A stretch of DNA of 64,000 nt, taken from NCBI GenBank assembly GCA_965178125.1, contig OZ237761.1, positions 186,001 through 250,000 on the forward strand, written 5' to 3'. Below, piece by piece: positions 1-12,100 of this stretch. The stretch is from Bilabrum cf. latius. Taxonomy: Eukaryota. The notes below the pieces were generated by a model that saw nothing but the letters and a program-made list of their open reading frames with translations, did not search any database and was not told the DNA's origin. The position numbers and the translations under genes are program-made. Within the stretch, counting starts at the first letter, position 1, and each line of letters begins with the position of its first letter.

Positions 1-510
1 GATTCGGCAGCTGCCAGAAAAGGTGGGGGGAGTTCCGCCGCTCCAGTCACCGCGAGCAGCAAAAACAGCAGCAAAAACAGCAGCAGAAACAGCAGCAGAA
101 ACAGTACCACACAGGATGGGCCGTCAACGATGTCAGCCCCAGGCACCGCAGCACTGCCCCCAGGCTCTGGCAGTAGCCAAATCGCCCTGTCAGGACCCAG
201 CGGCGCTGCAGCAGGCTCTCTAGCTGGTTCCAGGAATTCGGCCCATGTCGGGGCGGGCGGCAGTAAAGAGGAAGGCCGCAAGGTGAAACGAGCGCGAGTG
301 GACGGAACTGCCGCTGCCGGGGCAAGTGCTCGAGGCAGTGGGCGAGCAGCCCTGGTGTCTGGTGGCAGATCATCCGGATTCGGAGGAAGCAAGCCGGAAG
401 CTGGGCTAATTGAAGTTTAGTCCACAAAGGCGACACATGGGGCGAGCAGCAAAGTTGGTGCATCTGGAGGCATCGAAGTGGAGGAGGACTCGAGTGATGA
501 CGGCGATTGA
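1..510 (+). CDS. 3' part of a low-complexity host protein (partial)
   Basis: Frame +1 is open from the window start to TGA 508-510 if TAG 418-420 is read through; Ser/Gly/Ala-rich with an acidic end. Confidence 0.45.
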
Positions 511-750
511 TCGCGTGAAAATGTACCGGATCTAGATGCTCCTGACACGATTCGGTTTCACACACAACAATCATCTGTTCGCACGTGATCTGATCCAAAT
601 CCACAGAGGAGCACGCCCCCAGCTCCCTGGGCTATTTCCCCGCGCAAACTCCAGCGATCATCCTCGTATGCCTTCCAACCAACTCGGACGACCGCTATAC
701 GTCTACATGTACCCTTGCTTGACCGACAGGCGCAGGAGTAGACAGTAGCG

Positions 751-3672
751 TCAAGCCGTCTCGGCGATTCCCTCGGCGATGCGACCAACCTGCTCCTCGA
801 GCTCAACGGCTAGTCCACGGATGACCTTCCCGAGCACTTGCTCCGCCATCCCGCAGACTGCTCGCACGTGCTCGCTTCGGCCGCTCCCAGCGGTTGCGAC
901 CGGATGCGGAGCACCTGCCCCATCCTGCGACGCGGGGGGAGCGCCCGACGCCTCGTCCACCATCCGGAGGTGCCTGGCGAACCTTGCCGAACGTTCACCG
1001 ATCGACCGGATCTCATCGGGCCGCAGTGCCGGGAAGGAAGGGGGCGGCACGCCGTCGGCGATGTCCCGTCGAACTAGCCGTTGAGCCGAGGCAGAGGCCC
1101 GAGCCACGGCCTCCTCCACAGCCGCTGCCTGACGCTCCCTGGCGCGCGGGTCTGCCATCGAGCCCAGGCGGGTTTTGCCACCTTCTGTCCCAGCTGCTGC
1201 AGGGTCCACCGGATCGGGCCGCGCACCACTTGCGTGTCCAGAGCCTGCCAAGGCGACCGCTCCATTCTTGTTACGGTTTGGACCAACTCGGAGTCGCCCT
1301 GCGGCTCGCCTGGCGTCCTGCTCCGCCAGCCGCTGCGCTGCCTCCTCAGCGACCCTCCGGGCCTCTTGTTCCCTGGCACCCAGCTGCACCGCGGTTGCAA
1401 CCGCGGCCTCGTCGGTCCTCTCCGCCCTGTCCACGGCCTGCCGGGCCAGGGGCAGCACCTGTGAGACCCGGAGAGGGCTGGCGTGCTACACACTCGTCAC
1501 ACGATCTTCACTCGTCACATCGTGCATGGAATCGACGAATGGGTGCCGTGTGGCGGCAAAGGGGGATTCGGGTGAGCAGACCTCAGTCTGGCTTGAGCGG
1601 CCATCGACTGAGGCACCGTCACCATTGCGCGATCCAGCTCCCCCCACCCGAACCGCAGTGGGCTGCAGCCTGCTGGAAGCAGCCGTAGTGGCATGATGCG
1701 TGGCGTGCATCGCCAGCCACGCGGGCAGCTTTTGCTCTCCTTCCCGTCCGCTGTTCCCTGGGTGCGCGCTCTCGTTCTTGTTCCCTGGCATCCTAGCACC
1801 GCCCATGGTACTACCCACCCCACCCCCGGGGGCCCCCATGGTCCCCGTGGCCCTCGCCAATTGTTCCTCCAGCCGCCTCCTTCTTGCTCCGTGAGGATCG
1901 CCGCCCACGATCTCCAGAGGGGCCGGTTGCAACTGCCTGGCACCGGGCCCAAACAGGAACTCGGCTGTGCGGACAACATCCGGTCGTTGCGATGGCTGGA
2001 AGCCGCGGGTATTTCCTTGCCCATCACCGCCAGTACCAGCACCAGCACCAGCACCAGCACCAGCACCAGCACCAGCACCAGCACCAGCACCAGCACCAGC
2101 ACCAGGGCCAGGGCCAGGGCCAGGGCCAGGGCCAGAGGGAACAGACGGGGGCTGGGCGGCAGGTGCGTGCCCCGGCAGAGTGGGGGGCTCCGTCCAAGAG
2201 AACACCAACGGACCGCGCGGCGCCACAGCATGCGGAACCTCGGTTGCGCGAGGAGGGATGTTTTGTTGTCCTCTTTCACTTCCTCTGCCACGCCCCTGTG
2301 GTGCCCAGGGCTAGCCCATTCTTGCTGACGACTGTCTCCTGCTTTGGGATGCTCTCCTTGATCCGCTTTTACCGCCTCCCTAACGACGACTTTGGCCACC
2401 CTGCACGACACCAGTTGAGTTCAAGGCGTGTCTCGGCGCCTGTGCTACGCTGCCGGGTGCCGCAATATAATCGCGAAGCGGACCGGAATCAAGCTAGACC
2501 ACATGCTATCGGCCTTCGCCCAACGTCGTTACACCTGACGGTATTCGGCTTGGGAACAAGCCTGCTCGCTCACTCAGGCTGCCTGGGTACAGCGGCTTCC
2601 GTCTGGCACCACCGTGCAGTGCACCGTGCCCCCTCCGCCTCGGGGGAACGAAGCCCGGCCCGGGGTCCTGCCCCGCAAGGAACTTTCTCAGCTGTTCCCT
2701 GCGGCGTTTCTTCGCGAATGCTCGCCGACGCTTCTGGTCCAGGGCCTGGGCACGAAGCCGTGCGCGGCGCCGCTACGGCGATTCCTGCGGAGCCTCAGAG
2801 CCGGGCTCCGAGCCGTAATCGAATGTGTAGTCCTCGCGCCCGCTGTCGAAAGCGCCCGAATCGTCCGCGCGTGGGTCCGAGCCCCGGTGGCCGGCCGTCA
2901 AGTCTGGCCTGCGACCATTTTCTTCCCTCCCTTCGGCGCCTTCGGCGCGCGCGCGTGGACCAGGGGGCGTGGGTGGATCCACCTCGGTCACCGCGCGGCG
3001 ATGCGGCCCGTTGTTCCCTGGTGGGTTCCTACCTGCTGTGGCAGCGTGGGAAAGCCTCGAGCGCGCGACTCTGGTCCGGCTGCGACCAGCCTGAGCACGT
3101 GCATGTGGATGTGGATGTGGATGTGCGTGGGCGTGCCTTGGTGGCCTGTCACTGGCGACGCGACGACGCGCGAGCAGCTTCTCTTTCCGCCTTTCGCGCC
3201 TTGCCTCCATTGCGAGTTCGTCGAAAGTGACCCCGACAGGCGCTGCTTCGCTGTTCCATTCACGTTCCGGCCTGCTGGCAGACCGGCTGCGTCTGTCGCT
3301 GCTAGTTGACCGTCCCTTGCGCGCGCTGAATCCATGATGTGTGGGCCTTTTTGAGACCGCTCTAGGTAGCTTCTTACTAGGTCTGCCGCGCGGTTGCATG
3401 ATTTGCCGGGGATTGTGCCTCGCAAGCCCCTCGATATCTTCCAGGTCGGCGTCGTCGAAATGAGCTGGGCCGGTTGATTGTCTACGGCTCTGGCCGTATC
3501 GCCCCGCAGCATGAAATGACACATCATGCTCTAATCCATCACTGGCGGGCGGGTCATGCCTGGTAGATTCGTGGCGCCGTTCTGGGGCGACAACCTGAAT
3601 TCCGTTGGAAGGCCAAGCGGTGTCGCGAGACTCAGGCTCGTGTCTGGACCACTGCAAGTCTAGAGATTCCAT
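751..3672 (-). CDS. Hypothetical low-complexity/coiled-coil host protein, ~970 aa with TAG read-through
   Basis: Track ORFs 2773..3672, 1486..2226 and 751..1458 share one frame, with only TAG (no TAA/TGA) between them; ends at TGA. Confidence 0.65.
2030..2135. repeat. Hexamer microsatellite (CCAGCA)n then (CCAGGG)n, encoding a (PG)n(AG)n tract
   Basis: Directly visible tandem hexamers. Confidence 0.95.
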
Positions 3673-4377
3673 GCTTCAATTCATGGCATCGCAAAACACT
3701 TAATTCGAAGCCGGTATTTAGATCAGAAGTTGCCACAGGTTAAACAGTTGCCGTACGTTCAAAACTTGCAATTAATACATTTTTAGTTGCGTATCATCAT
3801 ATTGCGTGCCTGGACCTACCGAAATATCAGGATCAGCGCGAAACTTGGTAATCTTACCTCATGTCGCAGCGACAAGAAGTTCACCCGTTGGTGCTACGCG
3901 TTATGCGCTTGGGTGCTCCCCAGCTGGCCGATCCAGTCCGATCTTTTGCAGGTGGTTCGCTAGCGCCCGCCGGATCAACAGGCCTTGGATCGCTCGTACT
4001 TCCACAAGGATTTGGCAGTCTCGCACGAGGAGAAAAATTCTCCGCTTGTATTGTTGCAATCAACGGAAGCGGTTAGGTTGTACCAGATGTCACGATGTCT
4101 TGTGAACTAGTCCAAGGCGAGGACGCGAGGCAGGTATTGCTTCCAATACAGCAGGGTGATGCAAGGGACGACAAGCACGCGGCTGATACAAGCGTCACTA
4201 CGACTCCGAATGACCTCAAGCCCGGGGGTATGGTACGGTAGGTCATCGAGGCAAGGGTGCAGCGTGGAGGCCCACACAGGTGAGTTTTACCCTCCGCTCC
4301 GCTGGCAAGTCTAGAGGACCTCTGGAATACCAGCTCAGGGTCGCCCACCCTAGTATGCGTAAAGGATATAACATTGT

Positions 4378-5913
4378 ATGGCATTTCAGCTTCCAATTTC
4401 TGCTACATTCCGCAGTCTACGTGTGAGGGCTCTCTACGGCAAGCCGGGGGCAGCAGCGGCAGCATCAGGATCCCCCGAAACAGCAAGCGCGCCCGCCACC
4501 GGCCAGCGGGAGTACAGCAAGGTCTACAAGTTCAAGGTGGAGGATCCCCTGACTGTGCGCAGAGGAGGGGTGCCATCGGCCGCGCTGGGCTCCCTGGAGA
4601 TCACGCCTGGGAGCATGCGGGCTAAGGGGCCCGTCGCCGTGGCGGTGACGCACGACTCGGAGTCGAAATTCGATGGAATGGACCCATTCGAGTCCGGCAT
4701 GCGGGTGCGGGCTGGGGAGGCGCTGCGCATCGCAGCGGAACCTGCGCAGGTGGCCAGAGGCCTCGCGCTCCGTAGCTTGCTGGACGGAACCGGCGCCGCG
4801 CACTTAGGCCAGGGGCTCGGTGCTCCGACAGCAAACTCAAGTACCGGAGTAAACTCCACGTCAGGATCGGATCAACCGGCCGGGTCGCCACCCAGCCACG
4901 GAGTCACTGTGCGCTGGGCGGCCGCAGGTGGCCGCGAGGGGGTGTTTGGCCTCGACCTGGCACCGGGTGACAGGGCCAGGGCACTGGAGGGCGCGGCGCC
5001 GCGCAAAATGGTACCGCAAGCGAAGTCGAGTCTCTTAGGTATGGGTGTGACGAGCGTGCTCGCTGCCACGGACCGGGCCTGGGTGGAGCGCGTTGAGGGC
5101 AGCAGCTTCGCCGCCGGCGAGCCGTCCGCCAAGGTGGTGGTGCATGCCATCGTGGGTCTGGCGGTGCAGTGCAGCACCTCGGCAGAGAAGGAGCAGGGGG
5201 AGGGGGAGGGGGTCACGGGGGTGGTGCCAAAAGGGCACGCAGGGGGTATTGACGGCAATGTACCGCCTGGTGGTACTGCTGCCAGTGCTGCTGCGAGCGT
5301 CGAGGGTGAAGGACAGCGAGGCCCTTCAAGCGGAGCGGGCGAAAGCAGAGAACAAGAGAGCAATGGCACCGCCTCAGGGTCGATCGTTCGATCCTTGGAC
5401 ACACCCGCTTCGTTGCACGACGTTGCCCGCGCGGTGTGCACCACCCTGTTTGCGGAACTCGCGGCGCCGCGCACAGACGCACCGCCGCCCGCGGCAGCAG
5501 CCAGGTTCTCGCAGCCTGTGCGGGCCGATAGCTCGTACGGATGCGGGCCCCCTCCGCTGGCTGCGGCCGGTATTGTTCCCTGCGGTGCGTCACGGTCGCA
5601 CATCGGGGGCAGGTTCGGGATTGCGCGCGCCCCGGCATCAGCAGCAGCTGCTGGGTCAGCCGCTGCAGCCACTGGCACGGTGTTGGAGCGGGCTAAAGGC
5701 GTAGAGGTGCTGGAGGGGTGCGACCTGGTGGCGGCTGGGAGCCGTGGGTTCCTGCTGCGGTGTTCGTTGCGGTGGGAGGCGCAGGCGATCCGTCCAGGCC
5801 GCCTGGAGTTGCCTCGCGTCGCGCTGCATTGCGGCCTCGGGGCTCTCAGGGCAGGACAGGCGCCCGTCGTGCTGGCTCCGCCGGGTGGCGACCCCTGCTT
5901 CGTCATCGAGTGA
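4378..5913 (+). CDS. Hypothetical host protein (511 aa)
   Basis: Long ATG-to-TGA ORF flanked by AT-richer intergenic DNA; no family recognised. Confidence 0.6.
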   Translation: MAFQLPISATFRSLRVRALYGKPGAAAAASGSPETASAPATGQREYSKVYKFKVEDPLTVRRGGVPSAALGSLEITPGSMRAKGPVAVAVTHDSESKFDGMDPFESGMRVRAGEALRIAAEPAQVARGLALRSLLDGTGAAHLGQGLGAPTANSSTGVNSTSGSDQPAGSPPSHGVTVRWAAAGGREGVFGLDLAPGDRARALEGAAPRKMVPQAKSSLLGMGVTSVLAATDRAWVERVEGSSFAAGEPSAKVVVHAIVGLAVQCSTSAEKEQGEGEGVTGVVPKGHAGGIDGNVPPGGTAASAAASVEGEGQRGPSSGAGESREQESNGTASGSIVRSLDTPASLHDVARAVCTTLFAELAAPRTDAPPPAAAARFSQPVRADSSYGCGPPPLAAAGIVPCGASRSHIGGRFGIARAPASAAAAGSAAAATGTVLERAKGVEVLEGCDLVAAGSRGFLLRCSLRWEAQAIRPGRLELPRVALHCGLGALRAGQAPVVLAPPGGDPCFVIE

Positions 5914-6146
5914 CTTGCCAATGGATCTACTTGTAAGTTACGCAACGCATAAGGTTATAAAAAGGATGCAGCAGTCATGGGGAAATACGAAAATGAGAAG
6001 AAATCCACTTTCACACATTTCAACAACACTAGATCTATTCATACGCAGTAGTTAGCCCCTGTGCATCCCCCCCGCAGCCACGTGGCCCTTGGCAGTCTTC
6101 GAATCAGCTCAGCCCAACAACACTACGACATGTGTGATGCAGCCTT

Positions 6147-9100
6147 TCACACTCTGCCTGGAGATGCAGCGGCCATGCGCCCATTCTGACTCGCCCAGGG
6201 TGTCGCCTTATATCCACGATCACCCAGACCAACGCCGCTGCCCCCGACGGGCCCTTCCGCTGCGCCTGGCGCCGCACCGCCGCTGCCCCACTCTTCGACT
6301 TCGTCCTCGTCATCCTCGTCATCCGCACTCATCACATCCAGCAGGCACACCAGCTGGTCTACGGCCGCGGGCCCGTCCGGACCTGCGATCGCAGCGGCAG
6401 CCGCAGCCTCTCCCACGCCCCCCGCAGCCTCCGTACCGAGGAGCGAGCCCGCCACGGCCCTCACGATCTCCAGCACAGGCGCGCTGCCCAGCTGCTGACG
6501 GAGGTGCTGCCCCGCGGCCCGCAGCGGTTCGTTGTTCCCCGCGAGGGCCATCCGACGGGCGGCTGCCAGGCGGCTGAGCACGGCCCGCTGGTGAGAAGGC
6601 AGGGACCTGAGGCACAGCCGAAGGAGGTGACGAGTGGCGCGCTGCAAGGGAACGCTGGCCCAGCCCGCGCTCGTCACACCGGTACCGCCGCTCGTCACGT
6701 CACGCAGGACATCCACCGCCATCTGCAGCGCCGCCACGGCCTCTTGTTCCCTGCCCTGACCCATGCGATCGCACACCGCAGCCACCTGCTGCAGCGACGC
6801 CAGCCGCGCCGGGTGCCCCTCGGGCAGAGAGGCGAAGAGGATCGCCCTGCACTTGCGGGCAGCCACCAGCGCTCCCTCGAGCTTGCCCTGCTCAGCCATT
6901 GCATCTGCGAGGAGGAAGCAGGCTCGCGCGATGCCGTCCCGGACGCCCGCTGTGGCGCCCAGCGCACTGGAAATGCTGACGCCATGGGCGGCGGAACCGG
7001 CCGCTCCAAGCACGGACGCAGCCTCCGCACCCGTGCGGCGGATGACCGCAGCACCGAAGGCATCGCTGTCACCGCCCGTCTCATCCTCTCCCCCGCTCGA
7101 AATCGCAGCACCGCGCCGATCACTGCTCCCAGGATACGCGACGTACGAGTCGTCCGACTCCATCAGCACCAGAGCCCTCTCGAGGTGGGGCAGCGCCTCC
7201 TGTGGGCGGCCCGCCCTCCGCAGTACCCTGCCCAGCCGCAGCACCAGAGCCGCCACCGCGCGGTGCCTGCCCCCCAGCACTCCCTGGGCCCCTTGCACCG
7301 CCTGCTCGAGCACCTCGGCGGCGTCACCCGGGCGGCCAGCTGCATCCAGGGCCTCGGCGAATGCCGCCCCCAGGTGGGTCAGCAGCGGATGTTCCCTGCC
7401 GAGGTGGTGGGCCGCGGCCTGCAAGGCAGCAGCCTGGATTCCCTTCGCCTCCTTGGCTCGCTCCTCACCCCCCCGTAGTGCGGTGGCCTGGGCCAGGGAA
7501 CACAGCAGGCGGCCAGCCAAAGAGTGCCCCCGGGGCGCGTGCTCCAGCCCCGCCCTCGCCGCTTGCTGCGCCTCGCTGGCCAGGCCCGCGGCGCAGAGCG
7601 CGTGCGACAGGCCCAGGCTCGCGCGGGCCTCCTCCAGCCCAGAGCCGAGCGCATCTGCCGCGTCGGGGGCGGCGGCTCGCGCCGCCTGGGCGATCGCCAG
7701 TCGCAGCTGGAAGGCAGCCACGGCCTCCATCGCGGCAGAGGCGGCGACCCGGTGCCGGCTGGGGGATCCACCAGTGGATTGGATCCCGCCGCCAGCAGCA
7801 GCAGCTGCTGCGCCGCCCGCGCGGAGGAGAAGCTCCTCGCCCGAGTGAGCGAGGAAATCCCGCTCCGAGTCGTCCGATCTGCGTCTGGCCACGGCGGCCT
7901 GCACCGCAATGCCCTGCACGTCTTCCACCGCGAGCGGGTCGGGGAGCCCAAAGTCCACGCCGGCCGTGAGGTGCGTGCTCGTGGCATCGTGCGTGCCCCG
8001 CGCGCCCGCGCCCGCAGCGACTCGCCTCTCTACGCGCACGCCGGTGTGGTGCTGCAGCGCGAACAAAAGCGCCGGTTTGGCCACCGTGCAGCCCCTGGCC
8101 GCGCGTGCGCCGCCCTACGATGACGTCATCGAGCCGAGCCCCCGCGGCGACGCCCCCCCGTCCGCCCTTAGCCTGTATGCGAACTTGGCGTACACGCTGG
8201 GCACCACGACCTCCCTCCAGAACAGCGCAGAGTCCTCGCTGCTGCCCAGGCACAGGTTGAAGAAATCCACGGCCACCGCCCTGCACCTGGCGGCGAGTGC
8301 CTCGGCGTGCGCGTGCTGCGCCCCAGCGATCGAGGCCTCTCGGGAGCCCTTGCCAGGCAGCCTGCCGCTGGACGCGCGGCGCCGTCCCTCGTCCGCCACG
8401 CACTGCCTGAGGTTCCGCAGCAGCACGTGCTTGCAGGCCCGCGCGACCATCTCGACCTCGCAGGCCTCCCTGGCGTGCAGCGCATCGCACGAAGACGCCA
8501 GCCGGCCCAGGTACCTTGCGTTGACACCGGCCCCGTGCATGGCCACGGTGAAGCCGTGGCTGTCCCCGGGCAGCACTGCAAGGGAGTCTAGCTGCCTGGC
8601 GAAGGAGGGGATGGCCTTGCCGAGCAGCGCCTCGGTGGCCTTGCCTGCTTCAGTGTCCATGGCGGGGGCGTCGGGCACCTGACCCATCCTGACGTCATCC
8701 TCGTCATCCTCGCCCGGGTTACCGTCCTCCTCCTCGTTGCCCACGTCGACCGCGTCGCTCTCCTCTTGTTCCCTGCGCCTGTCCGCCTCCTCGTGGGCCT
8801 CGTGGTGTGCCCTGAACGCGTCCGAGGAGACCCTGAAGGGAAGCTTGCGGACCAGCTCGGGCCTGAGGCACTGCGCGTCGATCTCGTCCGTGCCCGGGGC
8901 AGGCATGTCCGCGGGCATGAGCCTCGCGAGGTTCTGCACGTAGAAGCGCCGGTCGTAGCCCTGGTGACCCACGGTCACCGCCGACAGCGGGACGGATATG
9001 ACACGAGGCTCGAGGGTGGAGGGGTCCTCGTGCTGGCGACCCGCCGCGCGGGCGGCTGCGTAGCACACCGTCTCCATCTGGTGCGGGGCCAGATTCAGCC

Positions 9101-12100
9101 GCCTGCCCATCTGGCGCAGCATGCGATGCAGGAGCGGAGAGCGGTCCAGAAAGGGAGCGTCACCTGATTCCTTGCCGTAGACGAGTGTCTCCGCCGACTC
9201 GAGAGGGGGCACGGCAAACGCGTAGATCCTGTATCCGAGAGAATCCACCACGCACGAAAGGGGGGTGCTCACCGGCGGCAGCCTCCTTCTCTCCTGCCCC
9301 GGCAGCGGGGCTCCCTTGGATCGCACCCACTCGCGGTGCAGCTGCACGGCGGCCTCGTGCACCAGCCGCTGGCCCCTGAGCTCGTGCCCAGTGACCTTGC
9401 GCTGCACAGCCGCAGCAGACGTGGCCGTCCCCAGCCGCGCGGATGCGGCCAGGTCGGCGGACGATGCGCCGCCACTCCCAGTGTTGGCTGCGGCGTTCGT
9501 GCCTTTGCTCAGCTGGAACAGGATGCCGTCATGGAAGTACGTGAGGCTGCCTCCCTCTTCGTCTTCGTCCTCATCATCTTCAGCACGTGTCTCGCCGTTG
9601 TGCTCCTGGTGCTCGATCGCGCGGATGCTCTGCACGTGCGCAGGAAGGCCTATCTCAGAGACGATGCGGGCCGCAGCCGACGTCACCGCGCCGACGAATC
9701 GCGCGTGGAAGGCGGCGAGACCCACGGCCTTCTCCGCCGCCTGGGTGAACGTCCACTCCTTGAGCTCGAGGAGCTGCTGCCACCGCTCGTTCCATTGCTC
9801 CGGGGGAACCTCCTGCCCCGCCACGGCCTGCACGGTGGCGCCCAGGTCCATCGAGTCCACGGTGCCGGACTCGTCGTGGAGGCCGGCGGACCCGGAGTGC
9901 ACTGCCGCCGACTCGTCGTACTTGGAGTCGCCACCGTGCACTGCACCCGCGGGGCTGCCGCCCCCCAGGCTCCCGGACTGACCGACGCCAGCAGCAGCCG
10001 CTGCTGCTGCTGCATCCCATGCGGCTCTCTGGTCCGCGGGCGACATGCCGAACAGAGCCGCTTCGCTGGTTGTGGCCTCGGACTCGAAGTGGTGGTGGAG
10101 GCCCAGCCCAGAGCTGCCAGTGCCCGAGCGGCCGGCGCTGCCGCCGAGCAGGTGCCTGGGCGAAACGGCTCCCCTGCTACCTCCGCGTACCCCAGGCGCG
10201 AACAGCCGATCCACGTTAGACTGCGCGGCGCCGTTAGCGGAACCGATGGCGTCCACGGGCGGCAGCGGAACCTTCGCCGCGCTCAGCACGGCATCCCCCG
10301 GCACGCCCCCGCCGGGCCCTCCGCCGTACCCGCTCCTTGTTCCCTGGCCGTTGATGGAGGCCATGGCTGCGTGAAGCGCCTGCACGCTGGCCAGGGACGC
10401 CAGCTGCACGTCCACGCCGCCCGACCCCTTCGCCTCCAGCTCCCCCCGTCCTCCAGCCGACGCGGGAGACCGTTGCTGCTGTTCCCTGACGCGAGCACCG
10501 GGGAAGGGGGACAGCGGGGCTTCCTTCTTCGGACCCGTGGAGCCATCTGCCGCTCCTCCCCCTTTGGGGCGGGATACCAGAGCGGCTGCGGCGCCCGACC
10601 CGCCCAGCGAGCGACCGCCCTTGCCGGCAGCCCCACCGGCAGAGGTGGGTGCCGTGGCAGACAGGAAAGGCGATGAAGGGTATTCCGACTCCGAGTTGCT
10701 GCCCCCCTGCTGCGTCGGGGTGCCTCCACCGCTACCACCCACCGTGCCGTACTTGGCCAGCCAGGAAGGCACCTTGCTCTTCGCCTTATGCTGTTCTTGC
10801 TGTTGTTCCCCCCCAGCGCCATTGCCACCGTTCGGCCTGGTCATGGACTTGAGCTTGTCCGGGGACGGAGCCGACTTGCTCAGGTGCGACGACGATTGCG
10901 CGGCGCCGCTTGGTTCCGCAGGGACGCCCTGCAGCACCCGCGCGCTCTCCTCGAGCCGCCTGTGGCCCCTGGCAAGAGCCGCCTCCAGCTCCGCAAGTTC
11001 CGCAGACATGCCTGCGGCGCCGCCTGCACTCGTCACGCCGTCCACGAAGTCGGACTCGTCGAGCCGCACCGGCCTGCCCTCTGCGTCCACGACCGTGCGC
11101 GCCACCGTGTTGCGGTCGTCCTCGTCCTCGTCGTCTCCGTCGCCAGCCAGCCCACCGCCGGAGGCGCCGCCGACGGAACCGAGGCGGCCCGCTGCGCGGC
11201 GCCTCCGGAGCGCTTCCTGCTGGTCGGTTCGACGAACGTTCTCGGCGCGGCGGCGGAGCTCCTGCTCGAAGTGCTGCTGGATCCTCTCCGTGTACACGTT
11301 CCAGAATGCCAGGAACTCGGGCCGCGTGAGCACGCCCTGCCCCGTGGGGTCTGCCTGCCGCAGCACAGAGGCCCTGGGCCCCGCCTCGGGATGCCTCTCA
11401 AGGGGGCACCGCAGCCGGCCCAGCAGGCCGGGCAGCCTGCTCACAACGAGGTACCCGCCGTCCTGGCTCGTGTACGCGTCAAACTCGCGGAGCATGTCGA
11501 TCTGGGCGGGGAAGGAGGGCGCCCGCAGCGGGGGCTGCTGACCGGGGCTCAGGGCCCCAGCACTCGTCACACCAACGACGCCACCGCTGCCGTTGGTGCC
11601 CGGAGTCTGCCTCCCGCGCGAGGCAACGCTCGCGGTCGCGGTCGCATCCGCAGGCACGCCCCCGCTGCCCCCTAGCCTCACAGAGGCCGTGGCTGACCTC
11701 GCGCCCGCCAGCGCCCTCTCCGCCCTCTCCAGCGCATCCGATGCCCCCGCATGCGCTGCCTCCACCGCGGGGTCTGCCCTGCCGGACACGACCGACCGGG
11801 GACCCCCGGGGGTGCTGCTGCGGGAGGCGCCGCGCGATTGCGGAACCGGTTTGTCGTCCGCCTCGAGGTTGGCCGGCAGCGGCTTGTCCTGGTGCGCGTG
11901 CGCGGCGCCGCCGCTAGCGGAACCTCCGACGGAGTGCCTGGAAGCCGACGCGGGCTGCTGCGGGGGCTGCGCAGGCTGGGGCTGTGGAGCCCCGGCGAGG
12001 CCGTCGCTGCCATCATCGGCAGCAGGGGGGGCGGGGGCGGGGGCGGGGGCCGAGCCAGACACGGAACCCGCGCGGCTGCCCCCGATCTAGGGAACGTTCG